From Naegleria gruberi (taxonomy: Eukaryota): 64,000 bases of DNA. Shown piece by piece: positions 1-10,495 of the stretch (positions within the stretch are counted from its first letter, which is position 1; the number at the start of each line of letters is the position of its first letter). The position numbers and the translations under genes are program-made. The stretch is from the NCBI GenBank assembly GCA_000004985.1, contig GG738878.1, one strand, 5' to 3'. Under the pieces are notes generated by a model. The model saw only the letters and a program-made list of their open reading frames with translations, was not told the origin of the DNA and ran no database searches.

Positions 1-1
1 A

Positions 2-163
2 GAAAGAATTGCCGAAAAGTTAAATTCTCCAAGTGAATTATTTCCAATTCTTTTGGAGCAATTAAGATGGACAATTATTTCAGGAAGAAGAGTTGAAAGC
101 TCCAATAGTAATCTCTTCCAAGATATCAAACCAAGATTATTCAAAACAATCAATCAACAATAA
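2..163 (+). CDS. 3' end of an upstream gene, partial. The open frame ends ...LRWTIISGRRVESSNSNLFQDIKPRLFKTINQQ*. Product unknown.
   Basis: The frame is open from the window edge to TAA at 161-163. Convergent with the next gene. No homology recognised. Confidence 0.25.
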   Translation, partial: ERIAEKLNSPSELFPILLEQLRWTIISGRRVESSNSNLFQDIKPRLFKTINQQ

Positions 164-185
164 TATTGTTTCACATTAATATCTA

Positions 186-467
186 TTAATAAAAGATGCT
201 AGAATAATATTCTTCTTCTTCATCATCATCGTCATTGTTTTGAGTTGGTGGAGGTGGACAAGGATCAACACCCTTATATTTAGTTTCCTTAATGTCTATA
301 TCTCGTCCTGTAATGAGAGTGTGAATGTTTCGTTCAGAAAACTCAAATAGACCACATTTGACATGTTTCAGGAATGGAATTGGTGATTTTGGGAAGTTTT
401 TCAAATCCTCTATCACAAACCAAATTCTTTTTCCAGTTTCAGCCAAATGTTTCAACACTTTAAACAC
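186..467 (-). CDS. Terminal exon of a minus-strand gene. The C-terminus is acidic: ...DDDDEEEEYY. Product unknown.
   Basis: The ORF has no in-frame ATG. The track M is GTG. The frame stays open upstream only to a TGA at about 500, so an upstream exon and intron are implied. Confidence 0.3.
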   Translation of the reverse strand: MFKVLKHLAETGKRIWFVIEDLKNFPKSPIPFLKHVKCGLFEFSERNIHTLITGRDIDIKETKYKGVDPCPPPPTQNNDDDDEEEEYYSSIFY

Positions 468-918
468 TCCGTATGGGTATGCATAAGATCAACCTAATAG
501 AAAGTTTCTGAATTAATTTTAGCCGAAACTACCTTGGCACTCTTTACAAGCTCAAAAATTTACCCATTCCATCATCCTCTTCATGCTAGGGAATCATTTC
601 ATCATTCAATATTTTCTTCCCGATCATAGAAAATTATTTCCGATCATGATCACTCACGATCGTTCGGAACAATTATTTGAATTTGATTTTGTAGGTAAAA
701 TTCATAATCTACACAACTCATTTCAATCCAATTAAAAGGTCCACAAGATCAAAAATATGAGGTGAAAAATAGGAAAAGATCAATTCCAAGCATTATTTTT
801 TAGTTAAATTTAAAATCAAATTTCATAAGAGATTAGTGAAAGATGATACATAACAACCAACAAGAGAATTTATTGATCAAGTTTTCATATATCAGATTAA
901 CAAGATTATTTGAAAAAA

Positions 919-1856
919 ATGGAATCAACATCAATGAATGAAATTGCACTTCTAGGAGGTTAGTAAGAATAAAAATTAGCATACTTTAATAAAACACGCA
1001 CAACAAAAAAGGTACTCAAGGAATTGGCAAGCAATGTCTCTTGTTTCTACTAATGAAGGGAGTGAGAGTGAGAGTTCTTGCTCGTAATCCATCAATGCTC
1101 TCTCCTCTCGATAGTAAATATTCCGATCGATTAAGCATTGTGAAGGGAGATGCTACCAAGGCAGAGGATGTTGCCCAATTAATTTCCAACTCTCAGGTCT
1201 CTCATGTTATTTGTGCTCTTGGAGTGAGAATGAATGAGCCAACCACTGTGGTTGAAAATGGAGTGATCAATGCAATTAGTGTAATGAAGAAACTTGATAG
1301 GGAAATGAGATTTGTGTTGGTTACTTCGTCAGCTCTTGTAAAATCGAATTCTAATTGGTTTTTTGATAATATTGTAAAGAAACACTTGTTGAATCATATT
1401 TACGATGATTTGGAAAGAGCTGAGAAGGCTTTGGTTGAATTGACCAAAGATTCAAAAATCAGTTATGCAATTGTTCGACCACCTCAACTTGTTGATGCAC
1501 CTGCTACTCTCGATTTGATCTACAAGGAAGGAGATGAACAACCAAAAGGAACACATCTCGTCACGAGAGAAGATGTTGCCTCTGTTTTATTAGAATGTAT
1601 CTTTGACAAACAGTTCAATACTGGCAATAGAATATTTAATGTTGATACTACTCGAAAGTTGGATGTCAAAGTGGATGTAATTAAGATTTTGAGATCTGTA
1701 ACACCATACCCAAAGTATTTAATGATTAGATCATTCATGTTTTCAATTCAGGCTGCAATTGGATTCTTGATTGGCTTTTCTCTCTTCAAACTCAAATCAT
1801 TGCTATTCCCTCAACTTGAAGAACACATTATAAAGTATCTCAGTAAACATAAATAA
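919..1856 (+). CDS. NAD(P)-binding Rossmann-fold protein, NmrA/flavin-reductase (BLVRB)-like, with a C-terminal hydrophobic tail. Exons are join(919..958,1012..1856).
   Basis: ATG at 919 gives MESTSMNEIALLGG. A 53-nt intron follows, starting GTTAGT and ending aaaaaag. Splicing restores the glycine-rich motif LLGGTQGIGKQ joined to the 1041 ORF. The ORF-track start at 1041 is a TTG. Confidence 0.6.
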
Positions 1857-1864
1857 ATCAAAGA

Positions 1865-2912
1865 TTAAACTTCAAATCTAATAATTTTTCCATTAGTAGT
1901 TCCAATGATAAGAACCTCATCAGTGTAAAGGATACTAGCAATTCTTTCATTAATTTCAATGAGGGGAGCATTATCATTGGGAATGGTTTTGAATGGATGT
2001 TTTGCACTGTTGGAATCAAAGACGTACACCCAAATATAACCTTTGGAATCTGTTGCAGAATTATTTCCCAACACAATCTTGCTTTCATCCATTTGATAAT
2101 AGGCCAATTGTTGGGAACTTGTCTGAATTGTTTTTAAATGTTTTACCTGTTGTTGTATTAAATCCTTTGCTGATTCAATTTTGTACAATGAAATTCTATT
2201 ATGAAAATCAACAAATAAAATGTTTCTAAAAAAAGACAAATTATCAATTGTTTGATTGTAAAAATCGCCCATTTCCAATTGTTCCTCTTCAAATGTATTC
2301 AATTCATAACACTTTAAATCGTGTCCAATTCCAGCAGCTATTATTTTCTTAATCTCATTATTGATAGCAAATGTTTTTAATCCATAATCCAATCCCAAGT
2401 TTCCACTAATTTCTGCATTAAACTTGAAATTTTCAATATTGAATAAATATACTTCTCCACTCAAATCACAAATCATTAAATCCACCTCTGAATACCATTC
2501 CATTTTAATAAATTCCTTTCTTTCTTTCTTCTTACTTGTTATTTGTCCAAGTTTAAGATCATCACCTAATTGATAAACAATAAAAGAGCCTTTGCAAAGT
2601 ACGAATAATAAACCAGATTTAGCACTATACGAATATAATTATAATAATTAAATTAAGCTACAACAACAATACATACATCATTTGAATGGGTGCATCTTCC
2701 AATTCTATAACAGAAAAAACTTTCTGTGTATTGGGCACATTCCTCAATCCGATCACTTTCTTATTCGTTGCTGCAAAAACAAATTGTTTTAAAATTGCTA
2801 GACACGAAATTGGATATTCGGAAATTTGCATGGTGGAGCCTATCTGCTGCTTCCATAAAGAATTATTCTGGTTCTGAAGAAGCATCTGTTGTGGCTGGTA
2901 ATGTTTGCTCAT
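1865..2912 (-). CDS. Hypothetical beta-propeller-like protein. Exons are complement(join(1865..2624,2677..2912)).
   Basis: ATG at 2912 is preceded by an A-rich leader. A 52-nt intron at 2625..2676 starts GTATGT and ends TATAG. It joins the two ORFs in frame: ...APIQM|IAKSGLLF.... Confidence 0.5.
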
Positions 2913-3184
2913 TTTTTTTATTTGAATTTTTTGAGTTTTTTAAGTTTTTTGGAATTCAATTTTGGGATTTGTGAAGCATTGGTGAAAATTAATCCAAACA
3001 TTGAGGAATGGAATTTAATGTTGCTTAATTCTGAACCACCAATTATTTAGCAAAAATATTTTGATTCGGAATTAATAATGTAAAAGTTTACAAAAACTGA
3101 AACGTGATTTAAAAAAAATGCATGAAGAGAATTACTACGGAATGGATCACTCGTTGATTCAATTATTAAAACAACAAATCATGG

Positions 3185-4972
3185 ATGGAAAAGAATGGAA
3201 AATATGATCAAGAAAATAGGCTTTCACTTTTAAAGAAAATTGAAAAGACAACACTTGATTATTTTCTATTGATTTTTAATAATCATCAAGATCATGGAAA
3301 GGAATTAAAAGAATTAGGCTTTGATGTGGGAATATTGAGTAAATTGGTGGAGAATGAAAAATCAAAGAAATTCCGAAATGATTTTGATGAAATTAAAAAA
3401 GAATTGAAGGATCAGATTAATAATGAAGGAGTTGATATTGGAGAGGTGATTGTTCAATGTGTTTTACATCAGAATTTTGAACATGTGGAGGAGTTTTCTT
3501 CTGCTTTCTATTCAATTCTTGAACTTTCGAATGCAAGACAAACATTGACTAGAGGAATTATTTACTCAATATTGGTGGGTGAGAATTCCACTACGATTCA
3601 ACATGGTTTTGATGAGATGGAAAGAGTTTTACTACTGAGAGGTTGTAATATTTCATCATTGTACCGTCCATTGTTTGTCAAATTTACAAAAGCAGTGAAA
3701 GGAAATCCAGTTGCAGATGAATTAGAATCCATTGACGAATCAAAAATTAATCCTAAACTCAAGAATAATTATACCATTATTCTGAAAGATCAAGATGATT
3801 TTTATGATGTGCCATTTGCAGAATATTTTCAAAAAGAGTATGAACCAATCATTAACGAGTTCTATCAATTAATCAATGATTTAACACTTCTCAAAGATCA
3901 TAATTATCCATACTTGAATGAATATATTGCATATATTCAAAAATATATTGAATGTTTACAAGAAAGAGACAGCTCAAAATTAGAAGATGTATACAGAGAA
4001 TTGGATGAATTGTGGATGGATATCAAATATCACATTCAATATGTACATGATATTGAGTATGGATATTGTGATTCTTTGAGATGTAAAGTAACACCTGATT
4101 TCAGTGTTAGATTGGTTGATGAGGAATACCAAGATGTAAATAATTTTATCAAGGAAAAGATTACAAAACGATTATTGGATTACTTCTCCAATAGAAATAC
4201 AAATCTCGGAAAGAAAGGAGTAAGCACTATAGAAAAGTCATCCTGTTTTATTTATTACTTTCCATTCTTGTGTGGAAGCAGCTTGAATTTCAGATTTTCT
4301 GGTCAATCAATCCCAAACAGACCAGAAGTCTCTTCCAGTAAAGGTGTAAAAATATTTTTTGATCCAGTGGCAAGTGACATGTACAATTCACAAACAAGAC
4401 AAACAGCTAGAAAGTTATTTGAACAATGTGATGATATTGAGAATAACATGACAGCATCAGAGGCCATTCGATTCCATATTGCATCACATGAGCTAGGTCA
4501 TGCCTCCTATAACTTGTCGAGTATTAAGGAATCTATTACAACATCCACTAAAACTCTATTGGAAGAACCAAGAGCTCAATTGACTGCATGCTTTGCCATC
4601 AAATTACTCTATGATCATGGTGATATCACCAAAGAGGAGATGGACAGAGGATTACTATTTTTTGCTGCTGAGGATTTGAGTAATTTTGTAATGGCTGGAA
4701 AAGTTGCATTCGAACCTTACATTATTTCTGGAATTAATTGCTATGGAATTTACGAAACTGTTGGATATATGTCTATTGTAAATGACAGGATTCATATCAA
4801 TAATGAAAAATCCTATGAAGCACTCTGTAAACTTGAAGAATTATTCGAAACAATTTTACAAGCCGAAGACGAAAATGATGGAAACAAACTTGAAACCATT
4901 TTACAACAAATGCAAAACAAACCTCCAATCATTACCTGGATGTATAAGAAACTTAACCTTGACCTTGCCTAA
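3185..4972 (+). CDS. Hypothetical 595-aa protein with an HELGH (HExxH-like) motif. Possibly a zincin-like metallopeptidase fold.
   Basis: Long ORF from ATG 3185 to TAA. The motif FHIASHELGHAS is visible. No firm family assignment. Confidence 0.5.
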   Translation: MEKNGKYDQENRLSLLKKIEKTTLDYFLLIFNNHQDHGKELKELGFDVGILSKLVENEKSKKFRNDFDEIKKELKDQINNEGVDIGEVIVQCVLHQNFEHVEEFSSAFYSILELSNARQTLTRGIIYSILVGENSTTIQHGFDEMERVLLLRGCNISSLYRPLFVKFTKAVKGNPVADELESIDESKINPKLKNNYTIILKDQDDFYDVPFAEYFQKEYEPIINEFYQLINDLTLLKDHNYPYLNEYIAYIQKYIECLQERDSSKLEDVYRELDELWMDIKYHIQYVHDIEYGYCDSLRCKVTPDFSVRLVDEEYQDVNNFIKEKITKRLLDYFSNRNTNLGKKGVSTIEKSSCFIYYFPFLCGSSLNFRFSGQSIPNRPEVSSSKGVKIFFDPVASDMYNSQTRQTARKLFEQCDDIENNMTASEAIRFHIASHELGHASYNLSSIKESITTSTKTLLEEPRAQLTACFAIKLLYDHGDITKEEMDRGLLFFAAEDLSNFVMAGKVAFEPYIISGINCYGIYETVGYMSIVNDRIHINNEKSYEALCKLEELFETILQAEDENDGNKLETILQQMQNKPPIITWMYKKLNLDLA

Positions 4973-5312
4973 TTCCCTTAATGACCTCGACCACATTTTC
5001 ATTATTTACTCTCCCTATAATACCCATCATTCTGCATCAACTTCAAAACAATAGAAAAACTAATCATCACTAGTCCATTAGAGAATTTCATCATTCCAAT
5101 TTCATTTCCTTACTTGCAATTTTCCAATCCGCGTTTACTGTAAATTTTTGGGTTTTTAGCGAATTTAAAAAAATAGTCACAAACCTCTCCGCGCAACAGA
5201 GATTTGATTTTCCCTTAAATTAAGTAAATTTTAAGAGAGGGTGGAAATATAAATTGGAGGATGATGGTAGGTTATTGTTAGTGGTAGAGAATAATGTTGG
5301 TGTTTTTAAAGA

Positions 5313-6224
5313 ATGGAAATCATGATTAATAAATCTAATATTCGGGAAGGAAAAAAACAAAAAGGTGATGATGAGGAACAAACAAGTTTCAATGATGAGA
5401 AGAGTAGGAAAGATACAGCAAAACATCAGGTACAATCGCCTCTTATCACTAAATTAAAGATACAATCTTTGGAAAAGGAAATTAAATTGCAAAATGAATT
5501 AATCGAACAATCAGAGGAGGATTATTCAATGAGGGTGACTTACCTTCAGAGTATGCTTGAGTCCGTATGTAAGGACATTATTAATATTGGAAATCAATCC
5601 TTAGTAGAAGGAGAACAAGAAGAAACAATATGTTTGGAAGGAGATTCTACTTTGGAAGTGTCAATGATTCCCAACCAAACAGAAATATCTCCAATTAAAA
5701 AGAGCTCTATGGAATTTGATTCGCCCATGTTGGAAGACCTTATTTTTGTGGAAGGATTTGGAGAAGGAGATGCAGAACAATCAACAACTATGAAAGAACA
5801 AGAAAATCAAACCGAGAAGTATTTATTGGAAAGTAATACTTCAAATCTAAGTGTTATCAATGAAAGTGAGATTGATAACCAACTAAAGGATCTCAATAGA
5901 AAATTGAGAGACGTTGAAGGACAATTAGCAATGAATAATCACAGTTCCAAGCTTGATATTTCAAATTTGGAAAAGGATTTATCAGATAAAATTGAAGGCA
6001 TTGACAAGAAGATTGATTCCTTAGACTCTAAAGAAGAGACAGTGCTTTATTCTATCAAGAGACTCTCAATGGATTTGAGAAAACCTGAACAATCACAAGT
6101 TAAAATTACGGAAATTGTTCATCACAATTATCTGAACTTTAAGGTCTTGGCAGCAATTTTAATATTTGCTGTTGCCATCTACTTTGGGCTCCAATTAACA
6201 AGCTATGACACACCAACATTTTAA
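5313..6224 (+). CDS. Tail-anchored coiled-coil protein, 303 aa. Acidic and coiled-coil N-terminal part with a single C-terminal transmembrane helix.
   Basis: ORF from ATG 5313. The heptad-rich middle ends in the hydrophobic tail LAAILIFAVAIYFGLQL. Confidence 0.5.
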   Translation: MEIMINKSNIREGKKQKGDDEEQTSFNDEKSRKDTAKHQVQSPLITKLKIQSLEKEIKLQNELIEQSEEDYSMRVTYLQSMLESVCKDIINIGNQSLVEGEQEETICLEGDSTLEVSMIPNQTEISPIKKSSMEFDSPMLEDLIFVEGFGEGDAEQSTTMKEQENQTEKYLLESNTSNLSVINESEIDNQLKDLNRKLRDVEGQLAMNNHSSKLDISNLEKDLSDKIEGIDKKIDSLDSKEETVLYSIKRLSMDLRKPEQSQVKITEIVHHNYLNFKVLAAILIFAVAIYFGLQLTSYDTPTF

Positions 6225-6251
6225 AACCACATGTGATTATACATCAGGACT

Positions 6252-9200
6252 TTATAGCAAATTAATCTTGAACTCGTTTTTAACAGTCTCTCTCACATTG
6301 GTTTCGAGTTTTGACAAGGCAAAATAGGCAGCTGTCTTTTGAGATTGCTCAGGTTGTTGCTGCTGCTTGTAATAGTAGATTTGACTTCCAAATAATTGTT
6401 TGGAATAAATGAAACCATCTCTGTCATTTTTGAGGAAGAGTTTTGTAACGGCCTTTCCAGTCTTTGGTTGTTGGGCCTCTTCATTCCACCATTCTACTTG
6501 TTGATTTTCTGTAGAGTTGAGATAAGTATTTCTGGCCTTTGCTACATTAACAAAGAAGGTCTTGCTTGAAATATTGGTTGTTGTTGCCATACTATTAAAT
6601 TCATCATACATTAGACAGAATGAGTTGGTATCTGTTGTTTGTTCTCCATTATTATTAGTAGCTGGTGCTCTCTTATATCTGACATTACCATTAAGCTTGT
6701 ATGGTGCTGACTCCTCTCTAGCAAGAATCATGTTGGTATAACTTGATCTATCCATTTTTCTGGATATTTGTCTCAAAATTGGTTTCATCTCAGTTCGAAT
6801 CTTGATGATACAATCATTGAGATCGCATCTCCAATTGAAGGACTCCTTAAATTCCCATAATAAGCATAGTGATAGATCTCTATATCTATATGTTATTAAT
6901 GCATGCTTCTTCATTGATGTAGTGTTAGAATCATTTGAATTAAGATAGACTTGCAAATAGTCAATTTGATCTTCCTCGCTGAGAACTATAAATTCTGATT
7001 CCTTATCTCCAGAAATAATAAACATGTTGTAATCCAAATTGATACGAGAAATTTTTTCCTTTGATTCGCTATTGGTTGGATTTTCTTCATCCTCAGAATA
7101 TTGTAAATCCTGAACAGCTGTTGTTTCATACATGGACCAGTCATCAATCATGTATGCGTTAATACCAAAAGCACTATTTTCATTTGGTAATGGGCTTGGA
7201 GCATAGGTTGTGCTTGCATTTGATTGGACGGAGGCATTACTCAAACCACCAGGTGAAGATTCGTGGAAACTACTTCTCGATCTATTCTCTGGTGTCAGAG
7301 TTCTTTCTCTGGCAGATCCAATACTAGACTTGGAGAGTGATTTTACCAATGGGCTCACTGTTGCTCCCGAAGTCAATAAATTACTGGTGCTATTTGATTT
7401 GGCATTTGATCGGTAAGGGCTTTGAGTATTTACAGGTGTGCCAGGAGTTTTGAACTTTCTCAGTGGAATTGGTGTAATATGGCTCGAGTCTGGTGTGGAT
7501 ACGAATGGGTTATCACTTTGTGGTGTACCAACAACACTTCTTGCTTTAACCCCGTTTAATGGTGTAAATTTGGTCATTGGACTTGAAACAATCTCTGCAT
7601 CGAATGATTCATCATATCTGTCCTGATATTCACACAAATTCTTTTCAATACATTTTAGTCTGAATAAAATAAATTGAACAACCTTTTCATCCAAATTATT
7701 GAGAGCTACTAGACCCTTACTTTCGAAAAACATTGCCGAGCCGATAAGGGATCCCCGTTCCTCAGTGATTTGAGTATCCTCATTAATTGATAAATTTTCC
7801 AATTGTTTCTGTACCATTCTTGAGAGTGAGACTCCAAGGGTATTAAAGTTATAATTTGGCTTGACTCGTGGCATTGTTGATCCATAAGAATCCTGCAATT
7901 GATTCAATATGGTCATGGCTTTGATAAATATATTCTTTTCAGGAACTTCTGCATAGGGAATGGCATGTGGGAATATTCTTTGAGTCATGGCCTTAATTGG
8001 CAGATCATCTGGAATTTTTTGACTTACAGTATACATTTTGATGAGGACATTTAAATCGTCAAGAACCATCTCCTGATCAGAATTCCATCTCCGTTCAGTA
8101 TTAGGTCTCTTCTTGTAGATATTGGAGACGATTGGGTTATATGGTGATGCAATCCATGGTGTTCGATGATTATCATTTGGAACTATTGACCTCACTGGGA
8201 ATGGCCCTTCAATAATATCCTCAAAAACATCCAAACTACTCTCAAACTCATTGGTATGAGAGGTGTAAAATTCAGTTTTGGCAGCTTCAATTTCCTTCTC
8301 TCTCTTATTTAGTGAGCTTCTATCTGAAAGTACTTGCTTAATATTGTAGGTTCCATAAATAAAGGCAAAGGAATCGAGAATGTGACGTAAATTTTCGTGT
8401 AAAATATAATTTGGAGTACTTATTGGAGCACATAGACAGTAGATCAAGTTGTAATATCTCACAATTGCCATTTTAGAGTGATTGAATTGTACCATATTGA
8501 CAGGATGGTTACTTTCTTTAGATTGAACTCGAGGTACAGCTGTTGCTTCAGCCTTGAGTGAAGATGTGAGAAGTGATTTGGTATTGTCAGCTGAAGTTGG
8601 TGGAGAAATTGAGTTGTTATCAAAGCCGTTTTCTTCTGGAGAAAGTGTTTCAAAAACGAGAGGGTGGAAAGAATCAGTAAAAATCAAATATGATTGAATA
8701 TAACCAATAATATGGAGTTGTGATGTTTTTGAGACTGTACTTGGATAGAAATAAATTAATTGTTCCTCCAATAAATCAGTTTCATTATCTGTGACCTGAT
8801 CATCTTGTCTATATTCATCATACATGTCGAATTGTTCTTCTTCTTGATCATCATGTGAAGAGAATGTATGTCTTCCTCTCTCGCTTCCTTCATCCAACTC
8901 AGTTTCACTACTGTTTGTGAAAACCATAAAACCATTTCTAAAGAATGACAATCCTTCATTCTTTAACTTTTTCTCCATTTCATCTTCATCCCTCATCACA
9001 TTTGTTTTCCTTTGTTCCATGAGTTTTTTCATACGATTGACCTCTCTTTCTCTTTCCTTCTCTCGAGCCTTTTTTTCCTCCTTGTGAGTTAATTGATATC
9101 CTGTAATATTGATCGAGAGAGGAATATCGAATTGAGATAAAGCTCCAATCGATCCAAAACCATCCAGATCCACAAAAGTGTTATCTCCACCATTATTTTG

Positions 9201-9485
9201 CTGTTGTTGCATGGCAATTTGTGCCAATGATGATGATGGAGTTTCATTATTCGGAATGATGACTTGTTGCTGAGAATTATTTGTAGTAGAGGTGGTAGGA
9301 CCAGTATAGGCACTCATTGGTGTTTCGTCCTCTTCTAATAATGTTAAATTCTGATGCATATGAGAAAAGTAAATACTATGAAGAAGATTTGAATCGGTAG
9401 AAAAGACTGTTGTTGTGGGTGTTGCATTTGATGAATTTTTGTCCTTGTTAGGATCATTCTTTGTCATGGTGAATGTTCTCATCAT
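6252..9485 (-). CDS. Large longin-domain protein of 1077 aa, CCZ1/HPS4-like (candidate Rab-GEF subunit), with long N/Q/S-rich insertions.
   Basis: Single ORF from ATGATG at 9485. Its N-terminal motif ...EEQLIYFYPSTVSKTSQLHIIGYIQSYLIFTDSFHP matches the CCZ1/HPS4 N-terminal longin signature (ILFYYP...VGL..A...F). The assignment is tentative. Confidence 0.45.
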   Translation of the reverse strand: MMRTFTMTKNDPNKDKNSSNATPTTTVFSTDSNLLHSIYFSHMHQNLTLLEEDETPMSAYTGPTTSTTNNSQQQVIIPNNETPSSSLAQIAMQQQQNNGGDNTFVDLDGFGSIGALSQFDIPLSINITGYQLTHKEEKKAREKEREREVNRMKKLMEQRKTNVMRDEDEMEKKLKNEGLSFFRNGFMVFTNSSETELDEGSERGRHTFSSHDDQEEEQFDMYDEYRQDDQVTDNETDLLEEQLIYFYPSTVSKTSQLHIIGYIQSYLIFTDSFHPLVFETLSPEENGFDNNSISPPTSADNTKSLLTSSLKAEATAVPRVQSKESNHPVNMVQFNHSKMAIVRYYNLIYCLCAPISTPNYILHENLRHILDSFAFIYGTYNIKQVLSDRSSLNKREKEIEAAKTEFYTSHTNEFESSLDVFEDIIEGPFPVRSIVPNDNHRTPWIASPYNPIVSNIYKKRPNTERRWNSDQEMVLDDLNVLIKMYTVSQKIPDDLPIKAMTQRIFPHAIPYAEVPEKNIFIKAMTILNQLQDSYGSTMPRVKPNYNFNTLGVSLSRMVQKQLENLSINEDTQITEERGSLIGSAMFFESKGLVALNNLDEKVVQFILFRLKCIEKNLCEYQDRYDESFDAEIVSSPMTKFTPLNGVKARSVVGTPQSDNPFVSTPDSSHITPIPLRKFKTPGTPVNTQSPYRSNAKSNSTSNLLTSGATVSPLVKSLSKSSIGSARERTLTPENRSRSSFHESSPGGLSNASVQSNASTTYAPSPLPNENSAFGINAYMIDDWSMYETTAVQDLQYSEDEENPTNSESKEKISRINLDYNMFIISGDKESEFIVLSEEDQIDYLQVYLNSNDSNTTSMKKHALITYRYRDLSLCLLWEFKESFNWRCDLNDCIIKIRTEMKPILRQISRKMDRSSYTNMILAREESAPYKLNGNVRYKRAPATNNNGEQTTDTNSFCLMYDEFNSMATTTNISSKTFFVNVAKARNTYLNSTENQQVEWWNEEAQQPKTGKAVTKLFLKNDRDGFIYSKQLFGSQIYYYKQQQQPEQSQKTAAYFALSKLETNVRETVKNEFKINLL

Positions 9486-10495
9486 GATTATCAGATTGTT
9501 GTTGAAGAAGAATTAAAACAATTAAAGACTTTGAAAATCGATCCTCTGTATGATGATGTTATTGAACAATTAATGACTGTTATTCATGAATCCGTTTTAA
9601 TGTATCCACTTCAAATTATTAAATAATCGTATGATCAACGAGTTGTTAATATCAGTGCAAAAGCTAACACTCAATGGAAAGAAGATTTTTTTCAAGTCTG
9701 CTTTCATTTATTATTATTTGATGATGGTTGTCGGTTACGATATGAAGAAAAAAGACTTGATTGCATGACTAACTTTTATGACTGGTTGAAGGTGTTTCTT
9801 GTCTTGTTTATTGATAATTTGGAATTGATACCAAACCATTCGTTCTAAAACAATGAAGTCATTATAGAGGTATTGCTTCGATGTTGTATGAACCTTCCTT
9901 GTTGATGTTTCCTTTTCTGTCACATAAGAGCAGGTGCCTAGAGGAGGAGAATATAAAATCTGTATTACAAATATAAATTATATTCGTTGGTTAGTTTGTT
10001 GGAGGGGCCAATATCATGATGATCATGAAAGTCATTGCATTTACATTGACAATACTCATGTTTTGCATTCTATCATCATCAACTTATTCCGTTCCTCTTC
10101 TTTCCTCAACTTTGGGCATCATGATGAAGAAGTGTTGCTGCGTTGTGTAAGGCCCTTACGTGTTCATTCAACAGTTTGTTTGCTCCAAATTTTTGGCGCT
10201 ATTTTATTGATTGGACGTTGAAAAACAAAAGAAAAAAAAACATAAACGCTAGGCCAGCTCTGAGCGCTTTAACAACATACTCTTGTTGCAAAGCACTTTT
10301 TTAACCACACACATCAGCTTTCCATCAACGGTTTTTTTGCGTTGCGTTCAAATTGTAAGACCACGTTTTTTAACAAGGCTTCGAACTCTGAAATTGCCAG
10401 CAAAACTTCTGTTTTTTAACGGAACGCGCGTAAATTCAATCTCACAAACAACCGCTATTCAATCTACAGCTTAGCAATTTACACCAACAGCAACA

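Noticed and set aside
1041-1041. Many ORF-track proteins begin with M although the codon is TTG or GTG (for example 1041, 12247, 17832, 36567, 37083, 38061, 45736, 51551, 57259, 59221, 60560).
   Set aside because: The track uses bacterial alternative starts. In this eukaryote these are internal exon sequence, not initiation sites. Starts were reassigned to ATGs or upstream exons where I could.
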